A stretch of DNA of 64,000 bases from Eledone cirrhosa (taxonomy: Eukaryota). A model generated the notes under the pieces. It ran no database searches. It saw only the letters and a program-made list of their open reading frames with translations, and was not told the DNA's origin. The stretch lies in the NCBI GenBank assembly GCA_964016885.1, contig OZ024740.1:164424001-164488000 (forward strand). Reading direction: 5' to 3'. Each line of letters opens with the position of its first letter. Position 1 is the stretch's first letter. Shown here in pieces: positions 12,950 through 27,399 of the stretch. The translations under genes and the position numbers were made by a program.

Positions 12950-13770
12950 CACATCTCTCCTCTTCCGACCATCGCTTCATGGAATACTCGCACGCAGAAA
13001 TTGACGACCACAGAATCCACTAAACACCTTTGGATTTTACCAACTTTTCAACCATCCTCTTACGTAATCACCTATATAACTCACCCACACACACACCCCA
13101 AAAACATTTTTTTCTCCACACGCCACCTACACCCACAACACGCTTAAACCCCACACACACACGTGCTTTCCACCACATATTTACACCCTCAGCCTCCTGA
13201 TTCCTCTCCCCCCACCCCCTATCCACACACGCACAGACACTCCGACCCACAACCCCCCCCCCACACACACACCTACACCTCTTCCTGAACATGCAACCCC
13301 GTTCTTCCCCCAATCCTTACTTTCACATACACACACACACACACACACGTACACCTACACACACAAACCACCTTCAGCCCTCCCCGCTCGGACACCCCGT
13401 CTCCCTCTCCCCACTCCACCCGCCACCACCCCTACACCCCCACACCCTTCCACCACCTGTTTTACACCCCTTTAAATTTCATTTTATTTTGATCATGCTT
13501 TTATATTTAAATTTATTTCATTCCTTGTATTTTGATCATGCTTTATTTTTATTTTTATTTTTATTTTTTTCATTCGCACCGTTTCCTTTCGCTATATGTC
13601 TCTCCACCACTCCCCCACACACCCTTTGAACTCTGTTCCCACAGACTTCCCACCTGAGGAAGGGCTTATGCCCGAAACGTCGTCCCCCACCAACACCCCA
13701 CTCTCCTGAGCGTGAAATTAATAAACATTCGTTGTACTGCCTCTCTGTTTTGTCCCTGTTCAAATGTTTC
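12950..13770 (+). mobile_element. Probable PLE 3' fragment ending in a hammerhead, AATAAA and (TA)n
   Basis: Non-coding C-rich segment, HHR core at 13654-13684, aataaa at ~13720, then (TA)n. Confidence 0.5.
13644..13684 (+). ncRNA. Minimal PLE-type hammerhead motif
   Basis: CTGAGGA-A-GGGC ttat GCCC-GAAACGTC (palindromic ACGT helix III). Stem I not clearly formed. Confidence 0.7.
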
Positions 13771-13856
13771 CATTATATATATATATATATATATATATAA
13801 ACAAATAACGAAACGAAATTAAATGTGAGTTACAAACGAAAATGTACATCTTTAAC

Positions 13857-14620
<764 letters not shown>

Positions 14621-16408
14621 ATAAGAAGAAAATAACGTTTGTCTCCTTGTTAGTCGGAAGATTAAGAGTACTTTTCCTTTAATTTAAAGCACTTAGGCTG
14701 TAAAACATGTAAAATCACTCCCTAGATATTTCTATTTTTGTGTATAAAAAGAACAAAATATATTTGCAATTGTTTGCGTTTACACAGAGAAGCTTGTAAT
14801 TTAAAGCTAGTTACGCCTACATTATATTTATTTTTAAGAATGTTATGACATTGCTCTTTGATAATTCGTTCTGTATCAAACCAAATATTTGAAAGTATAT
14901 GGTCTCCACCATTATTGTTAGAATGCGTATTTTCTGAACGTTTGGGAAAATGTAACCGTAGAAAAATATAAAAGCAAATGCATTAAAAAGGGTGTGAAAT
15001 GGTCTGGTATATTGAATTCTGTTGTAATGAATGAATATAATTTTTCGTAGTGCTTATTTTATTTGTATGATTCAGTACAGTGTAAACACGTAGAAATGAA
15101 TGAGTTATAGCACAAAGTTATAGCACAAAGTCCATTGCATATGGTAGAATATGTACATATAGATTTAACTGATGTTTTTACACTTCTTTATGTAAACGAA
15201 TCTTCCTCAACTATTCGCTTGTGTATCAATGTCACAGTAAAACATTGTTGAGTATTTCAGTATTTCACTTATATTTTGAGGGTATGCAGCAAGAAACCAA
15301 TTTGTTTTCCATTACTGTTTTTATTTAGTAATGTACAAAAGATGTTTCTTTCTCAAATGTGTAAAACTTCAGAAAGACTTTTTTATGATTTCTACAGGCC
15401 TAGTTACCTTTCCAGCTGCTCTCTCATTTTCATTGGAGCATTTTACTATATGTTCAATTTATATGAATACCATTTTTAAATTGGTTTTTCCCTGTCAATG
15501 GTTTGTCCATTTAAGCAATTTAGGAGTATTGTTCATCTCATGAAAATGTTTCTGTCCCTGGAAATGATATATTTGTAAACGTTGGCCTTTCCATATGTAA
15601 CATATTTAATGTATATGGCTTGCTTTGTTGACATAATTTGCTTGAGTTTCAAGCCAATGTTTTTTTTTTAGAGAGAGCCTTCTGGGCCTATTCAGTTTTT
15701 CCGAGATCTTTTTTAATTGATTTCAAGTAAACCTAATGGAAATCTAAGCTGAGAGACTGAGCTAGATGTTCTTTCGGTCAATATATAGTTAATTCTATTA
15801 TAATGAGGTAACAAGATTGAAACGTGGTCATGGATATATTTTAATAGGTACCAGATAGTCTTCAACATTTTTGCTAATCCGTTTGTAAAAGTGTTTTATA
15901 CTGTAATTGTAATGGACGGAAAAATATAGTTAGGGAAAAGTAAAGTAACAGAGACGAAATAGAAGAAAGAGAAGCTGAGAAAGTAAAATTGATACGCTGA
16001 GAGTTAGAGAAAGGTTATTATACCGCGTAAAATGAAGACACATAGAGATAAAGACAAGAGAGAGAGGGGTCGTAAAGAAGAGGTAGGAGATGTGGTTGGA
16101 AAGAAGGTAGATGAAGTTAGATATATATATATATATAGAGGGGGAGGAGCACGGAAAGAGGAGAGTGAAGAGAGAGAGAGAGAGATGGGATATTTTTCCT
16201 GCTAAACCAAACATAATGTGGTAGAGTAAAAATGAAATCTATGTCAAGTATCTACTAAATTACAAATAAAAAAAAAGAACATATGGAGAAAGATCGCTCT
16301 TTCTCTCTCACTCCCCCTCTCCATTTTGTTCTGGTCACTTCTACTAAACAAACTGACAACCAAACTAAATACTTGACCGAAGACAAAATGACAAACATAC
16401 ATAATGAT

Positions 16409-16623
16409 AATTGTTTCTACTTTAGGCACAAGGGAAGTAATTTGAGGGGAAGGGAAAGCCGATTAAATTGACCCTAGTGCATTACTGGTGCTTTATTTTA
16501 TTGAACCCGGAAGGATGAATGGCAAAGCTAATGTCGGCAGGATATGAATACAGAACGTGAAGGGCCGTAATTCTATGCTGTAAAACATGTTCGACGCTCT
16601 ACCGATACTGGCAATCCACCGCC
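16409..16623 (-). mobile_element. tRNA-derived SINE
   Basis: Matches the 6641-6829 family on the reverse strand. Confidence 0.85.
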
Positions 16624-16624
16624 T

Positions 16625-17995
16625 TTTCTTTAACCAGTCCCATTTCTGCGGATCTCTGGATGCTGTTTCCTTCAAGAAGATGCTATGAAGAGTAGCACGT
16701 AGACATCAATTTGTTTGCCTTTCTATCCAGATCTTATCATATCCTTCATTTTATTGTCCTTGATGTTATTTGACTCCAAAACAACCAAATAACTATATAC
16801 TTCTTCTTCTGTGTCTATCACCTTTATCATCTCACTCGTTGGTATCTCGATTCCTCTGCGTTTCTTCAATGTGCCCCTCCTCATCATTAGGACTTTACAT
16901 TTATTAATACCAAATTCCATACAAGTATCATTGCTGGAAATACGAACAGAGTTAAGTTCATCCAAATCCTCATTCTTCTCTAAAAGTTTTAGGTCGTCTA
17001 TGAAGAGAAGGTCGTTGTCGGTAAACTCTTCTCTTCTCAGCTCGTATCTTGCCTTCACTTTTCGCAATACGCGGGATAAGAGTATGGAGTTAATGACAAA
17101 CAATAACGGAGACAGTCTATCTCATTGGAAGATACCTATCTTGATTTTTATTCCTCTCAGGGATTCTCTCAACTATGCCAACACTGTGCCCCAGTTCTTC
17201 AGGCTATTACTTAATAGCAGTCTGATGTTGTCCACGACCTTGAAGATTTCTGGACACTTGGTTATCCGACAATAAAGAACCATGTCGAATACCATTTTGT
17301 AGTCTCTCCATCCCATAGCAACACTAGTATGTCTCCTCTTGCAGTTCCTTATAATCATTTTCTCAATAAGTAACATATCTTTTGTACCACGAGACTTCTT
17401 CCGGCATCTTATCTGTTCCTATGGCAATAAGTTATTTATGTCGAGGTGGTGCTAGATTTCCTCAGACATAATGTTTGTTAGCAGTTTCCATACCAAGGAT
17501 ATGACATGTGATAGGCTTATATTTGGTATCGTCATTTCCCTTGACTTGGATTTTCATTATTAGAACCGTGGTACCGTTTGTCAACGAATGCATTACATCA
17601 CCTGATATCAAATAGTCATTGGCCATGGCTGTCAGTATCGAGTGGAGAGACACTATATTCTTAGTCCAATACCCTTGCACACCATCCGGGCCTGATGCAT
17701 TCCAGTTGGTTAATTATTGGCCGGCTTTTTAAATGTTTCAGGCGAGAAACTCAAGTCAGGTTGTTGGTGAGCTTGTTCATTGATCTCCTTTTTAACAGCT
17801 CCCAAATCCTTCTCCAAAATGCGTTGGTCTGTTCAGGGATACTATTGTTGCTTCTTTTTTTTTTTCGTTCTACCAGTTCAAATAATATCTTTTGGTTCCT
17901 GTCGAACATGTGGTATTCTCTATATTGGTTAATTTTGCTCTCAATCTTTTGATTTTTGCACGTCTGGGTATGACACGCTGTTTTAATTCCTCTAT
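16625..17995 (-). mobile_element. Decayed R4/Dong-like non-LTR retrotransposon RT fragment
   Basis: PGPDGVQGYWTK, KYKPITC, DY.KxFDMV, GIFQ.DxLSPLLF, LLFIDDLKL, MEFGINKC across broken frames. Confidence 0.8.
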
Positions 17996-18009
17996 TGCAA
18001 CATTGTGCC

Positions 18010-18144
18010 ACTACGGCCTTTGCCATTCTGAGTTCAAATCCCGCCGAGGTTAACTTTGCCTTTCATCCTTACGGAGTCGATAAAATAAAGTACCAGTAAT
18101 GCACTGGGTAATTGCTGGCCTTGTGCCAATAGTAGAAACAATTA
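18010..18144 (+). mobile_element. tRNA-derived SINE, 5'-truncated
   Basis: B-box and tail identical to the family. Confidence 0.85.
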
Positions 18145-19085
18145 TTGTAACTATTTAATTAACAAAATAAATATAAATTTGAAGAGCGAAAACAAATTAT
18201 TTTGGATTACAGATTGTACATGTGTATCAAAGATTGAATGTCCTTTACTTTCCATGAAACAGAATTGCGTTCTTTCCATGCAGATTTCAATTATCGGCGG
18301 CCTTCTGTACTTCATCCTCTGTTCAAGTCTACTCATGCGACTAGACATTTTCAGCATTCTTAATCCCATCACTTAAAGTCATTTTTTGTATTTCTTTAAA
18401 AATTTACTTCCTATAATTTTTTCCATCAAAATAAAGTCAATATATGAGTTTCCAGACTAGTGTTGTCACTCCTTTTCTTATTCTTCCTGTATTTCACCCA
18501 CCACCATTGCTGGTGGAATGTTAAAATCAGTCGCTTCGTATCTAGAATTATGGAAGTATGGTTGGACAGTGTTTCTTATCCCCTGCAATGGGCCAATTAT
18601 ACCTTAAGTATATCCAAGCAGGCTTAAGGGCACCCTATTTACCATAACAGGTTAAGATACCAGAAGAAGACAGACATATTTAGTATTCTGCACAATGCTA
18701 ACACACGGTAGACAATATGTGGATAATTTATCAACGACAACACCCAATATACGAGTAAATATATAGCAGCAGATTATGTCTCTACAAAGGACAATGCTGT
18801 GATATACATGTCTAGCATGAATGCTGACTTATATATAGGTTTAAAATCAAACACTCTGAGAAAGATACTACAAACATATTTTGTTTCATATAAAAACAGT
18901 GTCTAGTAGCTGTCGACATACGTTTGGCAACCAAATTATCCAACATACAATTTCAAGGAAGTTTTTAGATTTGGGTGTTAGATTTCTAATAGATAAACTA
19001 AACTGGTAGAATTATTCTCAGTGGCCCATGTATGGGCATATATTGTTGTGAAATGTAAAAGTATGTTCCTCTGCATTGAGTGTAA

Positions 19086-19612
19086 TCTATATATATAAAG
19101 CTGTGGTTGTCTGTCTGTCTATCGATTTTTGGCACACATCTCCTCTTAGAATCTCTGACGGAATTGCACCGAAATTGCTATACTTGTACATTGAGCCCTA
19201 GCGAAGACATCGGAAAAAAAATATTTCAAATTGACCCACCCTATGTGACGAAATCGAATCTAATGTATCGATTTTTGAGCGTAAGTGACGAGTTATTTCC
19301 CTTTGTTCTGTTTACATTGAGCGTCTTACGTTGTTTTTCTCTGCGTTGCAGTGTTTACATTTTCGATCTTTGTTAATAAATAACCAGTGCAGTTTTTATC
19401 CCCAGCATCCTCTTTTGTTATAACATTCGGGTTATCGTTATGTTTTCTTAGCTTCATGAGGCATATTGTTGGTTGAGGGAATATTAATCAAAAACACCAC
19501 ATGCAAGTCTGCACAGTAGACACTACAGTTTTTAAGCCAAAAAAGAAACTTAACATTGTAACTTTAACACAGCTACTGAGCGACCCCGAGCAACGCCGGG
19601 CTTTACTGCTAG
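19086..19612 (+). mobile_element. Non-autonomous Helitron
   Basis: 5' TC(TATATATATAAA), subterminal hairpin CCCG-agcaacgc-CGGG, 3' CTAG, inserted between A and T with no TSD. Confidence 0.8.
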
Positions 19613-20183
19613 TACTTGATATATCACGAATGATTTAATTTGGTGTTGCATTTGGACTGGCATGGAAGAATCAGCTTTATCAAATATTCCTTTTTTCTAT
19701 TCATTTTATTTGTATTTTTCGCAATATGAGAAGATTTAGCCCTTCCATCTGATACGGTGTGGAGGATGTACAATTCACGAAGTTGCCATTGTATTGTGAA
19801 TATCTTAGTTTGCTTCTCTGAAACCGTCGCTCTAGAGATAAACCTAAGCATCATTAAATTTGACAAATTAGAACACTTGACTCTAAAACCCAAACCTCAT
19901 ATATACATAAATCGTTTTGATTTTCTCTTTAGAAAAAAAGTAATCTATTTACATCCCCATGACACTGGATAAATATCCTGGAAGGACAGGGACTAAGATC
20001 TAGACCGATGCCCCACCAAAGTAAAGATATGAGAGCAACAACAAAAACAAGGAATAATACAGGAAAAGGAAACAAATCAACAGCAACAACATCAATAACA
20101 ACAACAGCAGCTACAACAAGAACAAGAAGAAAAACAACAGCAATAACGTCAATAATAATAATAATAATAATGATAATAATAAT

Positions 20184-23100
20184 GGTTTCTTTGTTGGCCA
20201 CAAGGGCTGTCACGAAGAAAAACATTAGAGACGGCACAGAACAGTACAGGACGATGCAAAGTGGGTTTTGGTCGTTTAAACAGGTTATAACAAAATTGGG
20301 CTGGAAATAAAAAAAAAATTAGAACAACAAAAATTCCCCAAAAAGGGGGATACCTCCGAGGGTCATTCGTGGCGAAAACCACACAAAAAAGACCACGGCC
20401 ACCCTTACCACCAGGGCAAGTACCCTCACTCAGTTTTCCCACTCATCAGTCTACAGGCGGGCCCGTTCACTCGGACCAGACTCGCCACTTTCACCCACCT
20501 TTCAACAAACTTACTAGAAGGCAGCACTTGCCTTCCACCCTGATTTTCCTCTTCAAGTGAAACTTGAAAAAGTTAATCAGGGATTGGCCGGAGAGGAAAG
20601 TGTCCGTATTTAACCCTATCAACCTTGTCCACCACACAATCTCTTTCGCCATGAACACCAGGCAGATGAAAACTACCTGCTCTTCCTCCTCTTTAAAGGA
20701 GGATGGCGCGGCTATCAGCACAATCGACTCAGTCGATAACCGGATCTGTCCTACGCGACAGCAGCTGTTCGACATAGCTCCACAAGTCAGCAATCCTGGG
20801 GCACTGGACGAGTGCGTGTAGGACGGTTTCGGCGCCCTGCACGCATCTCGGACAGGCTCGGCTGACAGTACCTCCGTGCCTGTAGAGCTTGTCCCGAACC
20901 GGCAATGCGCCCCAGTAGCACTGACAGGCCAGGGATTTCTGGAAGTTGTCCATAAGCCCCGGTCTGAAAGTTCTCTTGAAGAGAGCGAACAGCTGATCGT
21001 ATTCGACGCCAAGGGTCTCCCCGAGAACGTCGTTGCTCTTTGCCTCCACTAGCCCTCTATAGAACGCCGAGGTGGATGTTCCGCCGATACTAGTACCGAG
21101 CTGGTAGAGGGCGGTGAGCACTTGGAGACATTCCATCTTCCAAGCTCTATCCCTCGGTCTTTTCCTGATCCAGGACTGCAGCTCTGTCAAGGAGACGAGC
21201 TGGGGAAAAGCGTGTCAGGAAAACGGCAACCACACCTGTTCACCGTCAAGGAAGCACCAGAGATGTCGCAGCCTCAGCGCATGTTTGCACATAATCATCC
21301 ACGGCATGCCTAGTCCTCCACGCAACGGGTGTTGAGAGCAAAAGGATTGTCTGACCATGGGATTACCACAAAAAGTGGAAGAGAAGGCGCTCCATTTTGG
21401 TCAGAGTTGGGCGGGGGCGAGGTACGACGGTCAGGCGGTAGCAGATGACGGACGCTATGTACGCATTCGCCACCTCCGCCCGACTTTTCAGAGACAGCCT
21501 CCTCTCGGCCCATTTCTGGGTGAGAGAGGCTACCCTGCTCGTCACCCCGCTCCAGTTTTTCACCATCTGGAGGTCCGGACCGAACCAAACCCCAAGCAAT
21601 TTAACCGGTCCTTCCGTCCAGCGCCCCACGACGCTGTCGGACGGCATGGACTTACCTCTCCAGGTGCCGAGTTGGAAGCCCACCGACTTTTCCTGGTTTA
21701 TCTTTGCTCCTGTCACCACTTCGTATTCATTGAGAGCGGTTCCGAGCATCTGGACGTGTTTGGTTCTCGACACCACCACGGTGACGTCGTCGGCGTAAGC
21801 TGATACGTATCTCCCGCATCCCAGATCTTGTGGGACCCCCTCATTTTCTCCAATTTGTGCAGTAACGGCTCGAGGACCAGTACGTGCAAGAGGGACGAGA
21901 GGGGAAACCCTGGTGGACCGAACGCATGATTCTGAAAGGCTGCGACAGGTGACCCTCACAATCGGGCAGATGTCGCTGTGCATCGCCGCGATCCAGCCCC
22001 TAAAAACGCGCCTCGAGGACTGTAGCCAGGTACCGATGGTCGACCCTATCAAATGCTTTAGATTGATCCAAGGTGATCAAGGCCCCACCCGTGCCAGGTT
22101 CCTTAACCACCCTCTCTATGATGTATCGCATGAGATGGAGGTTGTCGTGGATTGATCTGTCCGGAATGGCGCACGTCTGCGCCTCTCCCACCAGATCACC
22201 GACGACAAACGCGAATCTCTTTGCTAACAACTTGGCCAATATCTGAAACTCTGTGTTTAACAGAGTTATGGGCCTGAAGTCGTCTATAACGTGCCCCTTG
22301 TTCGGGTCTTTTCTCAGCAGCGCCACTGCTCCCCGGCTCACAAAACTGGGAATGCTCCCGTTTTGCTGCCAGTTGCAGTAGACATCTGCCAAGAGGTCGC
22401 CGAACAAGTCTGGCATATACGCATAAAGCTGGTAGGGTAGACCATCCAAACCTGGCGATTTACTCCTCGTGCAGTCAGACATCGCTTCCCGTATTTCATC
22501 TGCTGTTATCGGCTTTTCGCAGCACTGCGCTGCGGTCGTCGAGAGCCGCGGCAGTCCGTCGAGGTATGCACCGAAGTCCATCCTCCGTCCGGCCCGCCGC
22601 CGCTCCAGAACAATTGAGCAAAGTGCTGTTGAAAAGCCGCACACATCTGCTCGGGTTCGAGCAACATGCACCTGTTTTGATCAGGCAAAGACCGAATTGT
22701 GGACATGTTGTCACGTCGCGCCTCCACCACCCGGGCCCATTGAACGGCTTTCGTCCCCTTGTATCTTAGAGCACGTACTCTAGCTCTGACAACGCAGCCT
22801 TCATGCTTTGCGTTGAAGAATCGGTCGAGTGCCAATCTCGCCGCAAGCACGTCGATTGCGATGCCTGTCCTAAACGCCTCTTCTAGCTTTCTACCTAACT
22901 CTCCCTCTACTCTATTTTCCTCTATCACTACTTCTTTGCTAAATCTGATCGATTCTACTCTAATAGCACTTTTCAGGGTAAACTACCACCTGTTGTTGAC
23001 CATCGCACCCGTCAATGCATGCTTAACTAATTCGCTAATCCGTTCTCTGCAAGCTTTGCGTGCCGGGAACGACGCGTTCAACTTCCAGTAGCCGGACCTT

Positions 23101-24133
23101 TTCCTATGGAGTCTATCGAAGTCAACTTCACAGATCACAAATTTGTGGTCCGTGTAGTCGACTACTTTAAATTGTAGACAAGCTATACTAGCCTTATCTG
23201 TTTCCCTACAGAATACCCTATCTAAATACGATCTGGATGACTCGATGCGGTTTGTCCATGTCCACATTGGCACAGTCGGATAATCCAGCCTATACCTGTC
23301 AGACAGTTCAAAACGTCTGAGCAGGTTGTTGAGGCTTTTACACCCTGCTGCCCTGTCTACTAGCTCCACATAATCCCAGCGTGCATCTAGGATACCGTTC
23401 CAGTCGTCCACTAAGGCTAAAGAGCGGGACGTTTCAAGAAGGGTCTTTAGACGTCTGAAGAAATCTGGCCGTCCTGCCCCTATTGGTGGTCGTGGTGTGG
23501 TTGTTGTTGGTGGTGATGCTTGTGGTGGTGATTGTGATGGTGTTGCTGTAAGTCTCCTAGCATCCTTTACCCCTCTTCGCTTTTGGAGGGTGAAGCTAAG
23601 GGTTTTTTCTTTTTTGTTTTTTTTTGTGGCAGATCACTTGCCCCTTCCCTCCCGCCGCATACTCCATGTCGGATTCCGTGGCATCTGGGAGGGGTATGAA
23701 CTCCACTGCTGTTTGTGGTGGTAGTGGAGCACGCTCCAGCGATTTTGCCGCCAGTGTAGCTACTGCGAATGTTGATGTTGCCCCCACTGCTGCCGCTGCT
23801 TTAGTTGTCCGTGGCCTTCGTATGACTGCCACGGACGTTGCCCTCCTACTCCTCATGGAAGAGTCTTCTGCCTCTGTTGCCTGCCCTGCTATTGGTAGCA
23901 GCGGATGAGGCGCTGGAAGGAGGGGCCCTCTTCTTGGCTGTCTTCTGTAAAATGTTCAAATATTTTTCTTATATTTGGGCTAAAAGGCCCACATATTATA
24001 CTTTCCCCTTAACAGGGAATAGTCCTAGGGCTTATATACCTTACACAACAAGAACAATTTAACAACAAATAATTATAACCGGTAAATAAAGCGACTTACT
24101 GGGAGCGAGCAAAAAAGACGTCCGAACAGACCA
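20184..24133 (-). mobile_element. Tx1/L1-clade LINE, near full length but internally deleted and frameshifted
   Basis: GC-rich. APE (DWN, SYLDR, TDHK, GYWKLN), RT (KSPGLDGLP, FRPITLLN, LDQSKAFDRV, AYADD), C-terminal CxxC..HALVQC. 3' end abuts (ATT)n. ORF1-like remnant 23500-23950. Confidence 0.9.
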
Positions 24134-24151
24134 ATAATAATAATAATAATG

Positions 24152-26431
24152 CTTTCTTTATTAACCACAAAGGTTTACACAAAGTAGACATTAAGGACAA
24201 TACAGGACAATACAGGACGGTGCAAATGGCCATTTCTGTGTGTAAAAAAACAAAAAAACAGGATGTAACAAAAAAAGAACAATGAAAAATTCCCTAATAG
24301 GGGGGAAACTTCCAAGGGACACTCGTGGAGAAAGCCCATTAAAAAAGCCACGGTAACACTGACCACCAGTGCAAGTGCCCTCTCCCAGTTTTCCATTTTC
24401 AATTTACAGGCATATGTTCAGATATATATTCACTCGGGCCATTCTTGCCTCTCTCACCCATCTTTCAACTAAATGCTGGGAATAGAGCACTTCCCTCTCT
24501 ACCCTGATTTTCCTTTTCAAATGAAATTTGGGGCATCACCGAAAAGGAGAGTGCTCGTCTTCAGCCTTTTCAGACGCATCCACCATACTATCTCTTTCGC
24601 CATGGCCACTAGACAGATAAAAACTGCCTGCCCTTCCCGGCTAAAGGAAGAGGGTGGGGCAATGCTCACGATGGACTCAGCTGATAGCTAGATCCGTCCC
24701 ACACGCGACAGCAGGTGTTCGACATAAACCCACAAGTTAGCAATGCTCGGACACTGGACGAGTGCATGCAGGCAGGACGGTTTCATTGCCCTGCGCGCAT
24801 CTCGGACATGCCCGGCTGACGGCACTTCCATGCCTGTAGAGATTATCCCGAACTGGCAAAGCTCCTCCGTAGCACTGCCAGGCCAGGGATTTCTGGAAAT
24901 TGTCCATAGGCCCCGGCCCGAAAGTCCTTCGTCGACGCCTAGAGTTTCCCCAAATACGTCGTCGCTCCCTCCCACTAATCCTCTATAGAACGCCAAGGTG
25001 GAGTTTCCACCGATCACATTGCCCGACTGGTCGAGGGCTGTGAGCGCCTGAAGATATTCCAGTCTCCAGGCGCTTCCTCTCGGTCTTCACTTGACCCAGG
25101 ACTGCAACTCCGTCAAGGAGACGAGCTGGGGAAAGACGCGTCTAGCAAATGGCGACCACACCTGATCACCGTCAAGGAAGAGGTAGGTGGAGATGTCGTA
25201 GCCTGAGCGCGTGTCTGCGCATCACCAGCCACGTAGCTGGTGTTGACAGCAGATGGACCGCCTGACCATCGGAGCGCGTCATTCCACAGAAAGCGAAAGA
25301 GCAAACGCTCCAGCGCAGTCAGCCGAGGCTTAGGACAAGGTACGACGGTTAGGCGGTAGTAGATGACGGACGCGATGTACGCATTCACCACCTCTGCTCG
25401 ACATTTCTGGGTGAGAGAAGCCACCCTGCTCGTCACCTCGTCCCAGTTTTTGTCCGTCTGGAGGTCTGGACCGAACCAGACCCTTATTAATTTAACCGGT
25501 CCGTCTGTCCAGCGCCGGACGACGCTGTTGGACAGGATGGACATGCCTCTCCAGGTGCCGAGCTGCAGGCCCACCGACTTTTCCTTGTTGATCATTGCTC
25601 CTGTCACCGCTTCGTATTCTCTTAGTGTAGTGCCAATCGCCTCGATGTGTTTGGCGTTCGATACCACTACGGTGATATCGTTCGCATATGCTGACACGGA
25701 TCTTCCGCATCCTAGTTCGCACGGGCTCCCCCTCAACGTCTCCAGTTTGTGCAGTAATAGCTCGAGAGTCAATACGTACAAGAGGGACGAGAGGGGACAT
25801 CCTTGGCGGACCGAGCGCATGATGTTGAACGGTTCCGAAATGTGACCGTTCACTCTCACCACAGAGCAGATATCGCTGTGCATGGCAGGGATCCAGCCTC
25901 TGAAGACGGGCCCAAAGCCAGCCGCCCTCAGGACTGCCGCCTGATAACGATGGACGACCCTCTCGAAAGCTTTCGACTGATTTAAATTGATCAAGGATCC
26001 ACCCCCCCCCCCCCCCCCGTGCCAGGTTCCCTAGCTACCCTCTCCACGATGTATCGCATGAGGTGGAGGTTGTCGTGGATGGATCTCTTTGGAATGGCGC
26101 ATGTCTGCGCCTCTCCCACCAGACCACCATCGACAAGCGCCAACCTCTTTGCTAGCACCTTGGCCAAAATCTTGAACTCTGTGTTTAACAGAGTTATGGG
26201 CCTGAAATTATCTATGTTATACTCCTTGTTCGTATCCGTTCTCAGCAGCGCCACCGCTCCTCGGCTCACAGAACTGGGAATTCTCCCGTTCTGTTGCCAG
26301 TTGCAGTAGACGTCTGCCAAGAGGCCTCCGAACAAGTCTGGCATCTGTACGCAAAGTTCATAGGGCAGATCATCCAAACCAGGCGATTTACCCCTTGTGC
26401 AGCCAATAATTGCCTCCCGTACATTATCGGC
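24152..26431 (-). mobile_element. Second Tx1/L1-clade LINE, 5'-truncated, related subfamily
   Basis: ORFs 25991-26377 and 25113-25994 (QGCPLS, AYAND) are collinear with the first copy. 3' taataaagaa + (ATT)n. Confidence 0.9.
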
Positions 26432-26462
26432 TAAAAAAAAAAAAAAAAAAAATAATAATTAT

Positions 26463-26930
26463 AATATACTGAAGGACTTTAAAAAGAGGGTATGCCTGTT
26501 AATTGATATATCCGTTCCAATAGACAAGAATGTATTTATAAACACTTTTGGAAAATTGAGCAAGTTTAAATACCTGGAGACAGAGATTGGAAAAATGTGG
26601 ATGTTGAGAACTAAAACAATACCAGTGGTTGTAGGCGCTCTAGGAATGATACCTAAGGGGTATAAGTATTACTTATCCCAAACCCGAGGAAACTCGCGTA
26701 TAGAAGAAATACAAAATATAGTCCTAATGGGAACTGCCCATGTACTAAGGAAGATTCTGTCAATAAAAGTACATCACAAGTCTAAACACCTAAAGATGCA
26801 TGTGCGTGTATGTGTGTTCTTTCTTGAACATGGCGGACCTTGTTGTCTCTTGAAGTCACTGGTTGTGACTTGGTGATAACTCGTATGAACATAAAGCAAG
26901 ATAAATGAAAAAATAATATTATAATAATGA
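26463..26930 (+). mobile_element. 3' end of R4/Dong-like element (restriction-like endonuclease)
   Basis: LIDISVP.D.N...KLSKFKYL..EI.KMW...IPVVVGALG. Ends in (AAT)n/(AAG)n. Confidence 0.8.
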
Positions 26931-26961
<31 letters not shown>

Positions 26962-27149
26962 AAGAAGAAGAAGAAGAAGAAGAACCATGCTAATAAATTC
27001 ATTCTTGATGAAGGGAATATATAACCAAATGCGAATAAAATTTAATCCCGCCATACCAAATATAACAAGAACTGATCGTAGGCTCGTTACACACACATAG
27101 AGACATAAATAAACAAATAAATAAATATAAATCTATCTATCTATCGATC

Positions 27150-27309
<160 letters not shown>

Positions 27310-27349
27310 ATATATATATATATACACATACACACACACACATATATAC

Positions 27350-27397
<48 letters not shown>

Positions 27398-27399
27398 CA

